Of a DNA stretch of 64,000 bases, positions 19,954 through 29,255 are shown one piece after another. The translations under genes were made by a program, and so were the position numbers. Source of the stretch: Treponema sp. (GTDB lineage: Bacteria; Spirochaetota; Spirochaetia; Treponematales; Treponemataceae); NCBI GenBank assembly GCA_045606765.1, contig JAZUSR010000198.1, positions 15,563-79,562 of the forward strand, read 5' to 3'. Below the pieces are notes generated by a model. The model saw only the letters and a program-made list of their open reading frames with translations, was not told where the DNA came from and did not search any database. Each line of letters opens with the position of its first letter. Position 1 is the stretch's first letter.

Positions 19954-20517
19954 GTGGTTAAAGATATAGCAGGCGAAGTAATCGATAGTGAACAACTTGT
20001 AGCAAGTAATCCTATTGATTTTAAAAAAATATATGACTCTACAATGACACTTTTATTTAAAGTAGCTTTTCGCGTTGTAAATGACCAAGAAGTTGCCGAA
20101 GATTTAGTACATGATTCATATATAAAAGCGAACGAAAAAGAAATGGTTTTTCCAACTATGAATGATGCAACATATTGGCTTATTCGTGTTGTAAAAAACG
20201 CTGCACTAAATTATGTAAAACGAAAGGGAAGAGAACAAAAAGCATATCAAAAAGTTTTATACGAAGATCACCGAGTTCAAACCTCTGGCGAAACAGAACT
20301 TCTTCGTGATGAAACAATTGAAAAAGCAAAAGCAGCTTTAGCTCAGCTTCCTGAAAATTTACGAGAAGTTTTAATTTTGCGTGAATACGCAGATATGAAC
20401 TATAAAGAAATTGGAAAAACTTTGGGCATTACAGAAGGAAATGTAAAAGTCCGAGTTTTTAGAGCGAGAGAACAACTTTCAAAATTAATAGGAGAAGATG
20501 ATGTCTACTTGTCCTGA
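19954..20517 (+). CDS. ECF RNA polymerase sigma factor
   Basis: Region 2 (AEDLVHD, YWLIRVVKN) and region 4 (LPENLREVLIL..YKEIG..G.VK.RVFRAR). Confidence 0.92.
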   Translation: MVKDIAGEVIDSEQLVASNPIDFKKIYDSTMTLLFKVAFRVVNDQEVAEDLVHDSYIKANEKEMVFPTMNDATYWLIRVVKNAALNYVKRKGREQKAYQKVLYEDHRVQTSGETELLRDETIEKAKAALAQLPENLREVLILREYADMNYKEIGKTLGITEGNVKVRVFRAREQLSKLIGEDDVYLS

Positions 20518-21259
20518 AAATGATATTCACTCAATTTATCTTGATAATGAATTACCAGAAAATTTTATTTCTGAATATGAAAAACATATTAATTCATGTC
20601 CAAAATGCAAGAAAAAACTCGAACAAATGAGAAAAACTCATAACATCTTTGAGGCAGATTCAAAATCTTTAAATTTAGACCAAATTTTCTTGGACCAAAG
20701 TTTTGAACGCTTACAAAGCAGAATGAGATATACAAAAGTAATTTCAGAATCAAAGAATGTTAAAAAAATTGACTTTACCTCTTTCAAAAATGCAATTCCA
20801 TCAATTGCTGCCGCTGCTGTTGTGCTTGCAGTAATGCTTCCTATAAATCTAAAATATAAAAACGAAGTGTTCAAAAACGAAACATCAATGGCTTTTGTTC
20901 AACCAATTAAACGAACATCAAGTTTTTCAATTGATCAAAACCAGTTGTTAGCAAATAATTCACAAGGAATTTATCCTATTTCATTAGTGTCATCAGCAAA
21001 CAATACAAAAAATTATGCACAAAGTCTTGCTCTCGAAGAATACGCTCCAATCATAAGCACAGAAACCGGCACACCTCACATCCATAAAATTACAGATGGA
21101 AAATTGCATAAACATAGACGAAGAACACATCGTGCAGAATATTCAAAACTTTTGCAAGATGACTTTTTCATGCCTGAGTTCACACAAGTTTCAGAAACAG
21201 AAGAAGTAATTCCAGTTTATGTTCAAAACTATGTTGATATTTCCTCGTTAAATAAATAA
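20498..21259 (+). CDS. Zinc-finger (HxxxCxxC) membrane anti-sigma factor
   Basis: YLDNEL..HINSCPKC; one TM segment (IAAAAVVLAVMLPI); overlaps the sigma gene. Confidence 0.85.
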   Translation: MMSTCPENDIHSIYLDNELPENFISEYEKHINSCPKCKKKLEQMRKTHNIFEADSKSLNLDQIFLDQSFERLQSRMRYTKVISESKNVKKIDFTSFKNAIPSIAAAAVVLAVMLPINLKYKNEVFKNETSMAFVQPIKRTSSFSIDQNQLLANNSQGIYPISLVSSANNTKNYAQSLALEEYAPIISTETGTPHIHKITDGKLHKHRRRTHRAEYSKLLQDDFFMPEFTQVSETEEVIPVYVQNYVDISSLNK

Positions 21260-21294
21260 AATATAAGAAATTTAATTTAATGTGGTAATATAAC

Positions 21295-23025
21295 GTGAAA
21301 TTTAAACATGATTTTTCCTACTTATTTAGAAAATATTATTTTATAAGATTGTTATGCATTTTAGCAGTAATGCTAATTATAATCGGTTTTTCTTCAATTG
21401 TAAGTTACTCAATTAAAGAAAAACCTGTTATCCTTTCAGTATCACAACAAGTTGGCTCTCCTGGAGATATAATTTCTATCAGAGGAAAATTTTTTAATCA
21501 AAATAAAGATTCTTCATATGTTGAAATTGCAGGAAATCGTTTAACAGAAAGTTCTTATATTTCTTGGAATGATGATGAAATTGTTATTTCAATTCCAGCT
21601 AACACAAAAGACGGACTTATGTATGTTGTTTCAAAATCAGGAAAATCTAATCCCGATTTTTTTGCAAATAAAAGTGATATCCCTGTATCAATTTCACAAA
21701 ATTCAATTTATACAAATCCAATTATTACAGCTGTTTCTTTTGAGTCACTGGAAATTGGAGGACTTTTAGGAATATCTGGAAAAAATTTTGGAAATAACAA
21801 AAATTCATCAAATGTATGGTTTTCTACTAAAAAAACTTCACAGCAAATTACAGAAAATGAACTAAAGTCAAATAATTATAATGATGATTCAACAGAATAT
21901 ATTCACGCATCCAATGCAAATTTTGATTATGAATATTGGAGTGATAACTTAATTCGAGTATATGTTCCTGACGGAGCATCTAGTGGCTATCTTTATGTAG
22001 AAACAGAAAATGGAAAATCAACAAAACATGCATTCAATGTTACTCAAACAGGTGGAACAAAAAAATACGGAACTAAAACTATTTTCTTAGTTCAAACATC
22101 AGCAGATGTTTCAAATATCAAAGGAACAAAAGATTCGATTGTGAGTTTACGCCTTCCAATACCACAAACAACTGCAGAACAACCAACTGTTACAATGACA
22201 GAAAGTACCCCAAAACCATTAATCGACAATTACAACGGAACTTCTGTTTTCCATATTACAATGAACAAAATTGGAAAGGACTCCTATGCAGCAGATGAAA
22301 AATACAGAATAACTCAAAACCATGTTATAACAGTAAAATCTGTTGAAACAAATATAGATGTAAATCGTATCAAAATTCCAACAGATCGCAGTAAAATGAT
22401 ATATAAAGTTTACACACGAAAAGATGAATTAATTCCAGCTGATGTTCCAGCTCTTGTAAAGCTTTTACCTTCGATAATTTACAAATCTATCAATCCTTAT
22501 CGTCAAGCAAAATTAATTTATGAATACATGATGAACAATTATGAAATTCAAAATAAGCTTCGAAAAACAAATACAGAACCTTTAGATATGCTTACTTCAA
22601 AAAAAGGTGATGCTTATGATTTTGCAGTTTTATATGCAGCATTACTTAGAACAGCTGGAGTTCCTGCAAAGCTTATGAGTGGGATTTTAGTTGATGAAAA
22701 TAAAAACACTCGTCCTCACTGGTGGGTAAACTTCTATCTTGAAAACTTTGGATGGGTTCCAGCTGATCCTGCTCTTGGCGCGGGACTTGATTTTACACCT
22801 TTCCAGACAATTGAAAACCCTCGTGAATATTACTTTGGTAATTTAGACTCCCAACATATCACATTCAGCCAAAATTATAACAAAGTAAAAAGCACTATTA
22901 CAAACGGAAAAACTGTGTACATTCCTAAAACATATGCAACACAAAGTATTTGGGAAGAATCCTCAAATGACATCTCAAGTTACTCTTCATTTTGGAATGT
23001 TCCAACAGTTCTCGGAATTTACTAA
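21295..23025 (+). CDS. Membrane-anchored protein with two IPT/TIG-like domains and a transglutaminase-like domain
   Basis: GDIISIRGKFF..SWNDDEI and ISGKNFG..WSDNLIRV repeats; GDAYDFA..LLRTAGVPA, HWWVNF, GWVPADP. Confidence 0.85.
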   Translation: MKFKHDFSYLFRKYYFIRLLCILAVMLIIIGFSSIVSYSIKEKPVILSVSQQVGSPGDIISIRGKFFNQNKDSSYVEIAGNRLTESSYISWNDDEIVISIPANTKDGLMYVVSKSGKSNPDFFANKSDIPVSISQNSIYTNPIITAVSFESLEIGGLLGISGKNFGNNKNSSNVWFSTKKTSQQITENELKSNNYNDDSTEYIHASNANFDYEYWSDNLIRVYVPDGASSGYLYVETENGKSTKHAFNVTQTGGTKKYGTKTIFLVQTSADVSNIKGTKDSIVSLRLPIPQTTAEQPTVTMTESTPKPLIDNYNGTSVFHITMNKIGKDSYAADEKYRITQNHVITVKSVETNIDVNRIKIPTDRSKMIYKVYTRKDELIPADVPALVKLLPSIIYKSINPYRQAKLIYEYMMNNYEIQNKLRKTNTEPLDMLTSKKGDAYDFAVLYAALLRTAGVPAKLMSGILVDENKNTRPHWWVNFYLENFGWVPADPALGAGLDFTPFQTIENPREYYFGNLDSQHITFSQNYNKVKSTITNGKTVYIPKTYATQSIWEESSNDISSYSSFWNVPTVLGIY

Positions 23026-23032
23026 GAATATA

Positions 23033-23086
23033 GTCTGCACAACCTATTTTAAAATCTAATTTCATTAAATAAGTACTAGTGCAGAC
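23033..23086. repeat. Imperfect inverted repeat just after the transglutaminase-like gene
   Basis: GTCTGCAC...GTGCAGAC arms around an AT-rich, partly self-complementary spacer. Confidence 0.55.
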
Positions 23087-23133
23087 AGCAAAATCAAATC
23101 TAAATTTCACAAAAATCCGATTCACAAAAATAA

Positions 23134-23201
23134 AAAAACGCGTATCAAAATGACCTTAACTGAAATTATACTCAATTATTAATCATATTGACCGCGTTTT
23201 T
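23134..23201. terminator. Long imperfect hairpin, probable bidirectional terminator
   Basis: AAAAACGCG..TCAA..ATGA...TCAT..TTGA..CGCGTTTTT between convergent genes, with A and T tails. Confidence 0.65.
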
Positions 23202-23266
23202 ATGAAAGAACTTTTAAAACAAAATTTTATCGTTTCCCTCAATTTTTAAGATTTTAAATCTTTAAT

Positions 23267-24781
23267 TTATTTTAACGGAACTCCACATCCTGGATGTTCA
23301 TTTTCCCACGACTGAGCCAAACGCAAAATCTTATATTCGCTAAACATCGCTCCAGCAAACTGAATACCAACTGGCATAGAACCATTTTCTTCACTTGTAA
23401 AACCGGCAGGAATAGAAATCGAAGGAATACGAGCAAGGTTTACAAAAGTAGTAAACAAATCGCTTAAATACATTTCTAAAGGATTGTCAACTTTTTGTCC
23501 AATCTTAAAAGCAGGTGTCGGGCAAGTCGGACAAAGGACAATATCATAACTTTCAAATAACTTTGCCATTTCTGCTTGAATTTTTGCACGAACAGTCATT
23601 CCTTTTTTATAAGTGTCTCCAGAAAATTGTTCTGAAAGAACATAATTTCCAATTACAATTCGTCTTTTTACTTCTGGACCAAAACCTTCACTTCGAGTTT
23701 TGATATATAATTCATCATATCCTTCGCCTGGATCAACACGATTTCCGTATCTAATTCCATCAAAACGGCTAAGATTAGAAGCAGCTTCTGACAAAGCAAT
23801 TACATAATAACTTGCAATTGAAGCATCCAAAATAGGAAGGTCAACAACATCAATTGTAGCACCTTTTTTGCTAAGCCATTCTTTTACATTTTCAAAAACA
23901 GAACTTACATCTTTAAGCATTCCTTCTGTTTCAAGAAATTGCTTTGGAATAGCAACTTTCAATTTTGAAATTTCTTCATCTGAATAAGCTTCGAGATTAA
24001 ATAATTTATCAGCATCTGGCAAATCAACGCTAGTATCGTCATACAAATCCTTTCCTGCCATTACAGAAAGTGATTTTGCAATATCATCTGGAGTATGTGC
24101 CAAAAGTCCAACTTGATCTAATGAACTTCCATAAGCAACAACACCCCAACGGCTCAAAACACCGTAAGTAGTTTTAAGTCCATAAATTCCACAATAACTT
24201 GCAGGAAGACGAACAGAACCACCTGTTTCTGTTCCAAGTGCAAAAATTGCCTGATTTCCACTAACTGCAGCAGCAGGTCCACCAGAAGAACCTCCTGAAA
24301 CATATTCACGGTTAATAGGATTTCTTGTAGCACCATAGCAAGAATATTCTGTAGATGACCCCATAGCAAATTCATCTTGGTTACAACGCCCAAGTGGAAT
24401 AGCGCCCGAAGACTCAAGACGAGTAATTACAGTTGCAGAATATGGAGAAACATACCCTTCAAGGATTTTACTACCACAAGTAAGTTTTTGACCTTTTACA
24501 GAAATATTATCTTTTACAGCAAAGGGAACGCCCAAAAGAGGTTTTTTATTAAATAATTCATCAATGGCACTAGAACCATTTTCTCTTGCTTGTGAGATTT
24601 CTTTATCAGCATCTTCAGCTTTTTTTACAGAATCCTGATACATCTCAAGAAATGCATTTAAAGGCAATTGCTGCGATTTATCTTTTTCAAATTCACTAAT
24701 TGAAGTTTGTACAAGTTGAACACTTGTCACAGAACCATTTTTAAGAGCTTCAACAGTATCTTTAATATTATAAAATGACAT
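23267..24781 (-). CDS. gatA: Amidotransferase subunit A
   Basis: FAVKDN, DEFAMGSS, GGSSGG, GTETGGSVR, ASNLSRFDG and FGPEVKRRI motifs. Confidence 0.96.
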   Translation of the reverse strand: MSFYNIKDTVEALKNGSVTSVQLVQTSISEFEKDKSQQLPLNAFLEMYQDSVKKAEDADKEISQARENGSSAIDELFNKKPLLGVPFAVKDNISVKGQKLTCGSKILEGYVSPYSATVITRLESSGAIPLGRCNQDEFAMGSSTEYSCYGATRNPINREYVSGGSSGGPAAAVSGNQAIFALGTETGGSVRLPASYCGIYGLKTTYGVLSRWGVVAYGSSLDQVGLLAHTPDDIAKSLSVMAGKDLYDDTSVDLPDADKLFNLEAYSDEEISKLKVAIPKQFLETEGMLKDVSSVFENVKEWLSKKGATIDVVDLPILDASIASYYVIALSEAASNLSRFDGIRYGNRVDPGEGYDELYIKTRSEGFGPEVKRRIVIGNYVLSEQFSGDTYKKGMTVRAKIQAEMAKLFESYDIVLCPTCPTPAFKIGQKVDNPLEMYLSDLFTTFVNLARIPSISIPAGFTSEENGSMPVGIQFAGAMFSEYKILRLAQSWENEHPGCGVPLK

Positions 24782-24784
24782 AAT

Positions 24785-25093
24785 TTAAGCTCCTTCACCC
24801 AAAACCTTAGGAACTTGGAAATATCCATCCATAAAGTTTTCTGAAACTTTTTTTACATCTGGAACATCTAATCCATTTACAATTTCATCTTCTCGCAATT
24901 TATCAGCTTGTGTAGAAGGATAGGCATCATAAGGATTTTGATTATCGTCAAATTTTGAAAGAGTTTCAAAATATCCTACGATTTCATCAACTTGATTTTT
25001 TAAAGTAGAAAGATTTGTACTTTCTGGCGAAAGACGAGAAAGATAAAGCAAATTTTCTAATGTTCTTTCATCGATATTTTTTTGAGCACTCAT
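24785..25093 (-). CDS. gatC: Amidotransferase subunit C
   Basis: LYLSRL, LREDE and GYFQVPKV motifs; directly upstream of gatA. Confidence 0.92.
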   Translation of the reverse strand: MSAQKNIDERTLENLLYLSRLSPESTNLSTLKNQVDEIVGYFETLSKFDDNQNPYDAYPSTQADKLREDEIVNGLDVPDVKKVSENFMDGYFQVPKVLGEGA

Positions 25094-25153
25094 ACTTTCA
25101 TTTTATCGAATTTTATGATAAGTTTCAATAATATGGTAAATAAAGAAATTATA

Positions 25154-26542
25154 ATGTCTGCATATCATAATTTAAATTCACTCCCAGATCAAAAAAAAGA
25201 AGCTGCTCAATTTTATAAAAATTTATTTACTCTTGTAGGTCCAACTGCAATTCAAAATTTGCTTTCTGCCGCAATTAGTTCTGCTGATGTCATTATGCTA
25301 AATTTTGTAGGGCAATCAGCAATTGCCGCGGTTAACCTTGCCTCTTATATCCAATTTGTTTTATTTATTATTTTAACAGGCCTTTCAAGTGGAATGATTA
25401 TGCTAACAGCTCAATATTGGGGCAAAAAAGATACTTTTTCAATTGAAACTATTTTTGGATTTGCAGTAAAAATTGCTATAATTTCTGGAATTCTTTTTGG
25501 ATTAGCAGCTTTCTTTTTTCCATCCACTTTAATGAAAATTTTTACAAATGAAGAAAAACTAATTTCAATTGGAGCAGATTATTTAAAAATTGTTTCGATA
25601 TCCTTCATTTGTCTTTCAATTAGTAATGTTTGTCAATCTATAATTAAAAGCATTGAACGTGTAAAGACAGTTACATTTATTACAATTACTGCAATTCTCT
25701 TAAACATTTCGTTAAACGCTGTTTTTATCTTTGGATTATTTGGTGCACCTAAACTTGGGGTAATCGGAGTTGCTATAGCAACATCAATTTCGCGTTTTGT
25801 AGAATTAATTCTTTCATTATTTTTTAGTTCGATTATTAAGGAATTAAATTTAAGCATAAAATGTCTTTTCCGTAAAAATTATCTTTTATTTAAAGACTTT
25901 ATTCACTACACGATGCCAGCACTTGGAAACGAATTTATCTGGGGTTCAGGTTGGGCAATGTACGCAGTAATTCTTGGTCATCTTGGCGAAGACATTGTAG
26001 CTGCAAACTCTGTCGTGAATGTTCTTCGTAATTTAGGAACAATTTTATGCTTTGGACTAGCATACGGCGGCGCCATACTAATTGGTAAACACATGGGTGC
26101 TAATGAACTCGACCTTGCAAAAAGAAATGCTAGTCGCCTTATAAAAATCACTTCTTTATCTGGAATATTTGGAGCACTTCTTATGCTTTGTAGTCAACCA
26201 CTTTTAAAAATATTCGCAGATTTAACCCCACTTGCAGCTAGTTATATGAATTATATTTTAGTAATTACATCTTTATCGGTTATTGGCGCCGCCGCTAACA
26301 CAGTAATGATTTGTGGCGTTTTTAGAGCTGGTGGAGATGCAAAATTTGGCTTTATTGTTGATACAATAGCAATGTGGGGCGTATCAATTCCTATTGGATT
26401 AATTGCTGCTTTCGTTTTAAAACTTCCTCCTCTTGTAGTTTATACAATAATCTATTTGGATGAATTTGAAAAAATTGGATTTATCATTTATCACTATAAA
26501 ACTGGTAAATGGCTCAAAAATATTACACGGAACTTTTCCTAA
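25154..26542 (+). CDS. MATE family efflux transporter
   Basis: About 12 TM segments; ADVIML..VG..AIAAV, AQYWG, PKLGVIGVAIAT, RAGGD; likely start ATG at 25154. Confidence 0.92.
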   Translation: MSAYHNLNSLPDQKKEAAQFYKNLFTLVGPTAIQNLLSAAISSADVIMLNFVGQSAIAAVNLASYIQFVLFIILTGLSSGMIMLTAQYWGKKDTFSIETIFGFAVKIAIISGILFGLAAFFFPSTLMKIFTNEEKLISIGADYLKIVSISFICLSISNVCQSIIKSIERVKTVTFITITAILLNISLNAVFIFGLFGAPKLGVIGVAIATSISRFVELILSLFFSSIIKELNLSIKCLFRKNYLLFKDFIHYTMPALGNEFIWGSGWAMYAVILGHLGEDIVAANSVVNVLRNLGTILCFGLAYGGAILIGKHMGANELDLAKRNASRLIKITSLSGIFGALLMLCSQPLLKIFADLTPLAASYMNYILVITSLSVIGAAANTVMICGVFRAGGDAKFGFIVDTIAMWGVSIPIGLIAAFVLKLPPLVVYTIIYLDEFEKIGFIIYHYKTGKWLKNITRNFS

Positions 26543-26562
26543 TAATTAAACGGAGATTTTTT

Positions 26563-29244
26563 ATGAAAAACAAAGAAAAAAAGAAAAAAAACTTTTTTAC
26601 AAAATTCCTTTTGTCTATTCTTTACTTTTTGCTAAGTATTATCCTTGTGCTAGCATTATGGTTTTGCTTTTCTGCATTAGACAAGAAAAAATCGATTGCA
26701 ATGATTCCACAGAATTTTCATGCACTAGTCCACACAGAATCACTTTACGATGCAGTTAATCCTTTACTCGATTTACAAGCCGCTGATATTTTTCTCTCAT
26801 CAGAAAATATGTCCGACTTTCGAGGAATCTTCATTAACTTAAGATCAGAAAATATCAGAAATAATAAACTTATAAAAGTTGCATTACAACGAAAAATCGA
26901 TGCTGCCTTATATACAGATTCTCAAAATAATGCATCTTATATTGTTTGTGCAGACTTTGGATTTTTATCTGCTATCACTCGCCTTTCAAGATTTATTATT
27001 CCTATTCTAAAGATAAATGGTATCTCCATGATAAATGAAAATGGACTAAATTATTTCGTTTTTAGTTCAAATGATACCAAATTTTATTTTAAGAATGTAA
27101 AAAACCTTGTTATTCTTTCGAACGATTTTGAAAAATTTAAAATAGCCCTTAAAGCAGACAATGACCTAACATACAACAAAGAACAACTTGAAGTACTAAA
27201 TAAAAAAACAACAAATCCAATTAAAATTGTAATCAATGGAAAGCAAGTAATACAATCATTCATTCAAGACAATAAAATTCTTTCACTCACAAATTCTATT
27301 TTTGATGATTCAAGTTTAAGCATTGTTTCTTTTGGAATTACTGATCAAAAAATTACACTAGACTTTGATGTTCCTGTTTCAAAAAACATTGACTCTACTT
27401 CTAACGAAATTCTATTACAGATTGAAAAACTTATAAAACAAAATTCTACAAAACCTGAAATAATTTCTAATTTAAGTAAATATATTCAATATTATACCAT
27501 CTTAAATATTGACACTCTCGAAAATCTATTAAACTTAGCAGCTCCAATCACAATGAACGAAAGTGCATCTTCATTAATAAACAAATACAACGGATTATGC
27601 AAATCTATCTTAAATACTTCCATCGATGATTTACTTTTTTCTTGGACCGATAAAGAATTTGCAATTCTTGGAATTGAAGAACTAAACGATCCTGTTTTTG
27701 CAATTAAAATTTCAGATGAAGCAAAACGAAAAACCGTTTTTAACGAAGTAATTAATTCTTTTGTACTAAATGAAAATAAAAGTCTTATTCTCAATGGTGT
27801 AAGAATCCCACGATTGCAACTTCCTGTATTTCTACAAGGCTTGCTAAAATCCTTTGGTTTTACAATGCCAAAACCATATTATCTTGTTTATAACAATTAT
27901 ATTTATTTTTCACAATCTGCTGAAAGTCTTTCTGCAATCTACTCAACATTTGGGAAAGGTTCGAACATTTCTTACAATTCAAATTGGAAAACTTTAGATG
28001 ACAATTTAACTGACGAATCTTCTGTAAGTTTATTTTACGATTTGGAACGTAGTAAACCATTTTTTATTAATTCTAAAAATACACTTTCGCAAATTTTTGA
28101 ACTTTATTCGATTGGTCGTGCAGATTTAGAAATTAAAGACAATTCCATTTTATTAAAACTTGTGGCAATTAGTAGACGAGAAGGAAGTCTTCGTCAAATT
28201 CCTGGATTTCCAATGGAAATTACTACTAATCAACATAACCCCAAAATATATGTTTGTGATACAAATAAACCTTCGACAATTTTTTGGCTCAGCAATAATA
28301 CCCAAATCACTTCTCTTGATTTAAAAACAACATCAAAAAAATCTTACACAATTGATAACATCTCATCAAATAATCAAAGACCAATTATCCAACCTGTAAC
28401 AAAAAATGGTAAAGAACTTTTAATGGTTTTAGCAAACAATGAACTTTTTGTATTAAATTCAAAACTTGAAGAAGATAAAGAATTTACTAAAATAATTCTT
28501 CCAGAAACTCCTTGTAATACTCCATATCTATCTTATGATTTATGCTATATTCCAGCGACCTCAGGGAAACTCTATAAGATTGAAAAAAATCGTATTTCAA
28601 TTATTGATTTAGAGCTCGAAGATTTTTCACATGATACAACTTCGATTTATTACGATGGAAAATTAGGTTCTGTCTATGGTTCATTCTTTAGCAATGATTT
28701 TATTATTAAAGATGAAAAAATTATTAATAAAGATTCTCCTATTTTCAAAGATAAAACTTCATATTCAGCTCCTGCATTTACACAAATAAAAGATAACAAA
28801 TTTTCAATGGGAATCCTTTTCCAATCTGGAGAATTACAAATTTTTGATTTCGATTCAGATAAACAAACCAATCACAATTCAATTCAGCTAGATGGAATTT
28901 TTAACGAAACTAATTTACTTTCTCTCAATAATAATTTTTATGCCCTTTCAAAAGATGGTCAATTATTCAAGATTTCAAAAGATGCCAATATTTTGTCTAT
29001 AAAAATTGACAATGTTTCCACAGACCGACATTTTTCTCTTCAAAAATTTGGTAATAAAACATATATTTGTGTAGGAATCGATGGAAATAGGATTTATGCT
29101 TTTAATGAAAATCTTGAACTTATTCCAGGATTCCCAATTGCAGGTTATGGAACGCCTGCTTTTGCTGATGTAAATGGTGATAATTATCCAGATTGTTTTG
29201 CACAAACAATCGATAATAAATTAAATGCATGGAATTTAAAATAA
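26563..29244 (+). CDS. Large membrane-anchored hypothetical protein with a C-terminal beta-propeller/FG-GAP-like region
   Basis: GGAG SD then ATG 26563; N-terminal TM; repeated PGFP motifs; FADVNGDNYPD Ca-loop-like motif. Confidence 0.75.
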   Translation: MKNKEKKKKNFFTKFLLSILYFLLSIILVLALWFCFSALDKKKSIAMIPQNFHALVHTESLYDAVNPLLDLQAADIFLSSENMSDFRGIFINLRSENIRNNKLIKVALQRKIDAALYTDSQNNASYIVCADFGFLSAITRLSRFIIPILKINGISMINENGLNYFVFSSNDTKFYFKNVKNLVILSNDFEKFKIALKADNDLTYNKEQLEVLNKKTTNPIKIVINGKQVIQSFIQDNKILSLTNSIFDDSSLSIVSFGITDQKITLDFDVPVSKNIDSTSNEILLQIEKLIKQNSTKPEIISNLSKYIQYYTILNIDTLENLLNLAAPITMNESASSLINKYNGLCKSILNTSIDDLLFSWTDKEFAILGIEELNDPVFAIKISDEAKRKTVFNEVINSFVLNENKSLILNGVRIPRLQLPVFLQGLLKSFGFTMPKPYYLVYNNYIYFSQSAESLSAIYSTFGKGSNISYNSNWKTLDDNLTDESSVSLFYDLERSKPFFINSKNTLSQIFELYSIGRADLEIKDNSILLKLVAISRREGSLRQIPGFPMEITTNQHNPKIYVCDTNKPSTIFWLSNNTQITSLDLKTTSKKSYTIDNISSNNQRPIIQPVTKNGKELLMVLANNELFVLNSKLEEDKEFTKIILPETPCNTPYLSYDLCYIPATSGKLYKIEKNRISIIDLELEDFSHDTTSIYYDGKLGSVYGSFFSNDFIIKDEKIINKDSPIFKDKTSYSAPAFTQIKDNKFSMGILFQSGELQIFDFDSDKQTNHNSIQLDGIFNETNLLSLNNNFYALSKDGQLFKISKDANILSIKIDNVSTDRHFSLQKFGNKTYICVGIDGNRIYAFNENLELIPGFPIAGYGTPAFADVNGDNYPDCFAQTIDNKLNAWNLK

Positions 29245-29255
29245 TCGGAGGAAAT

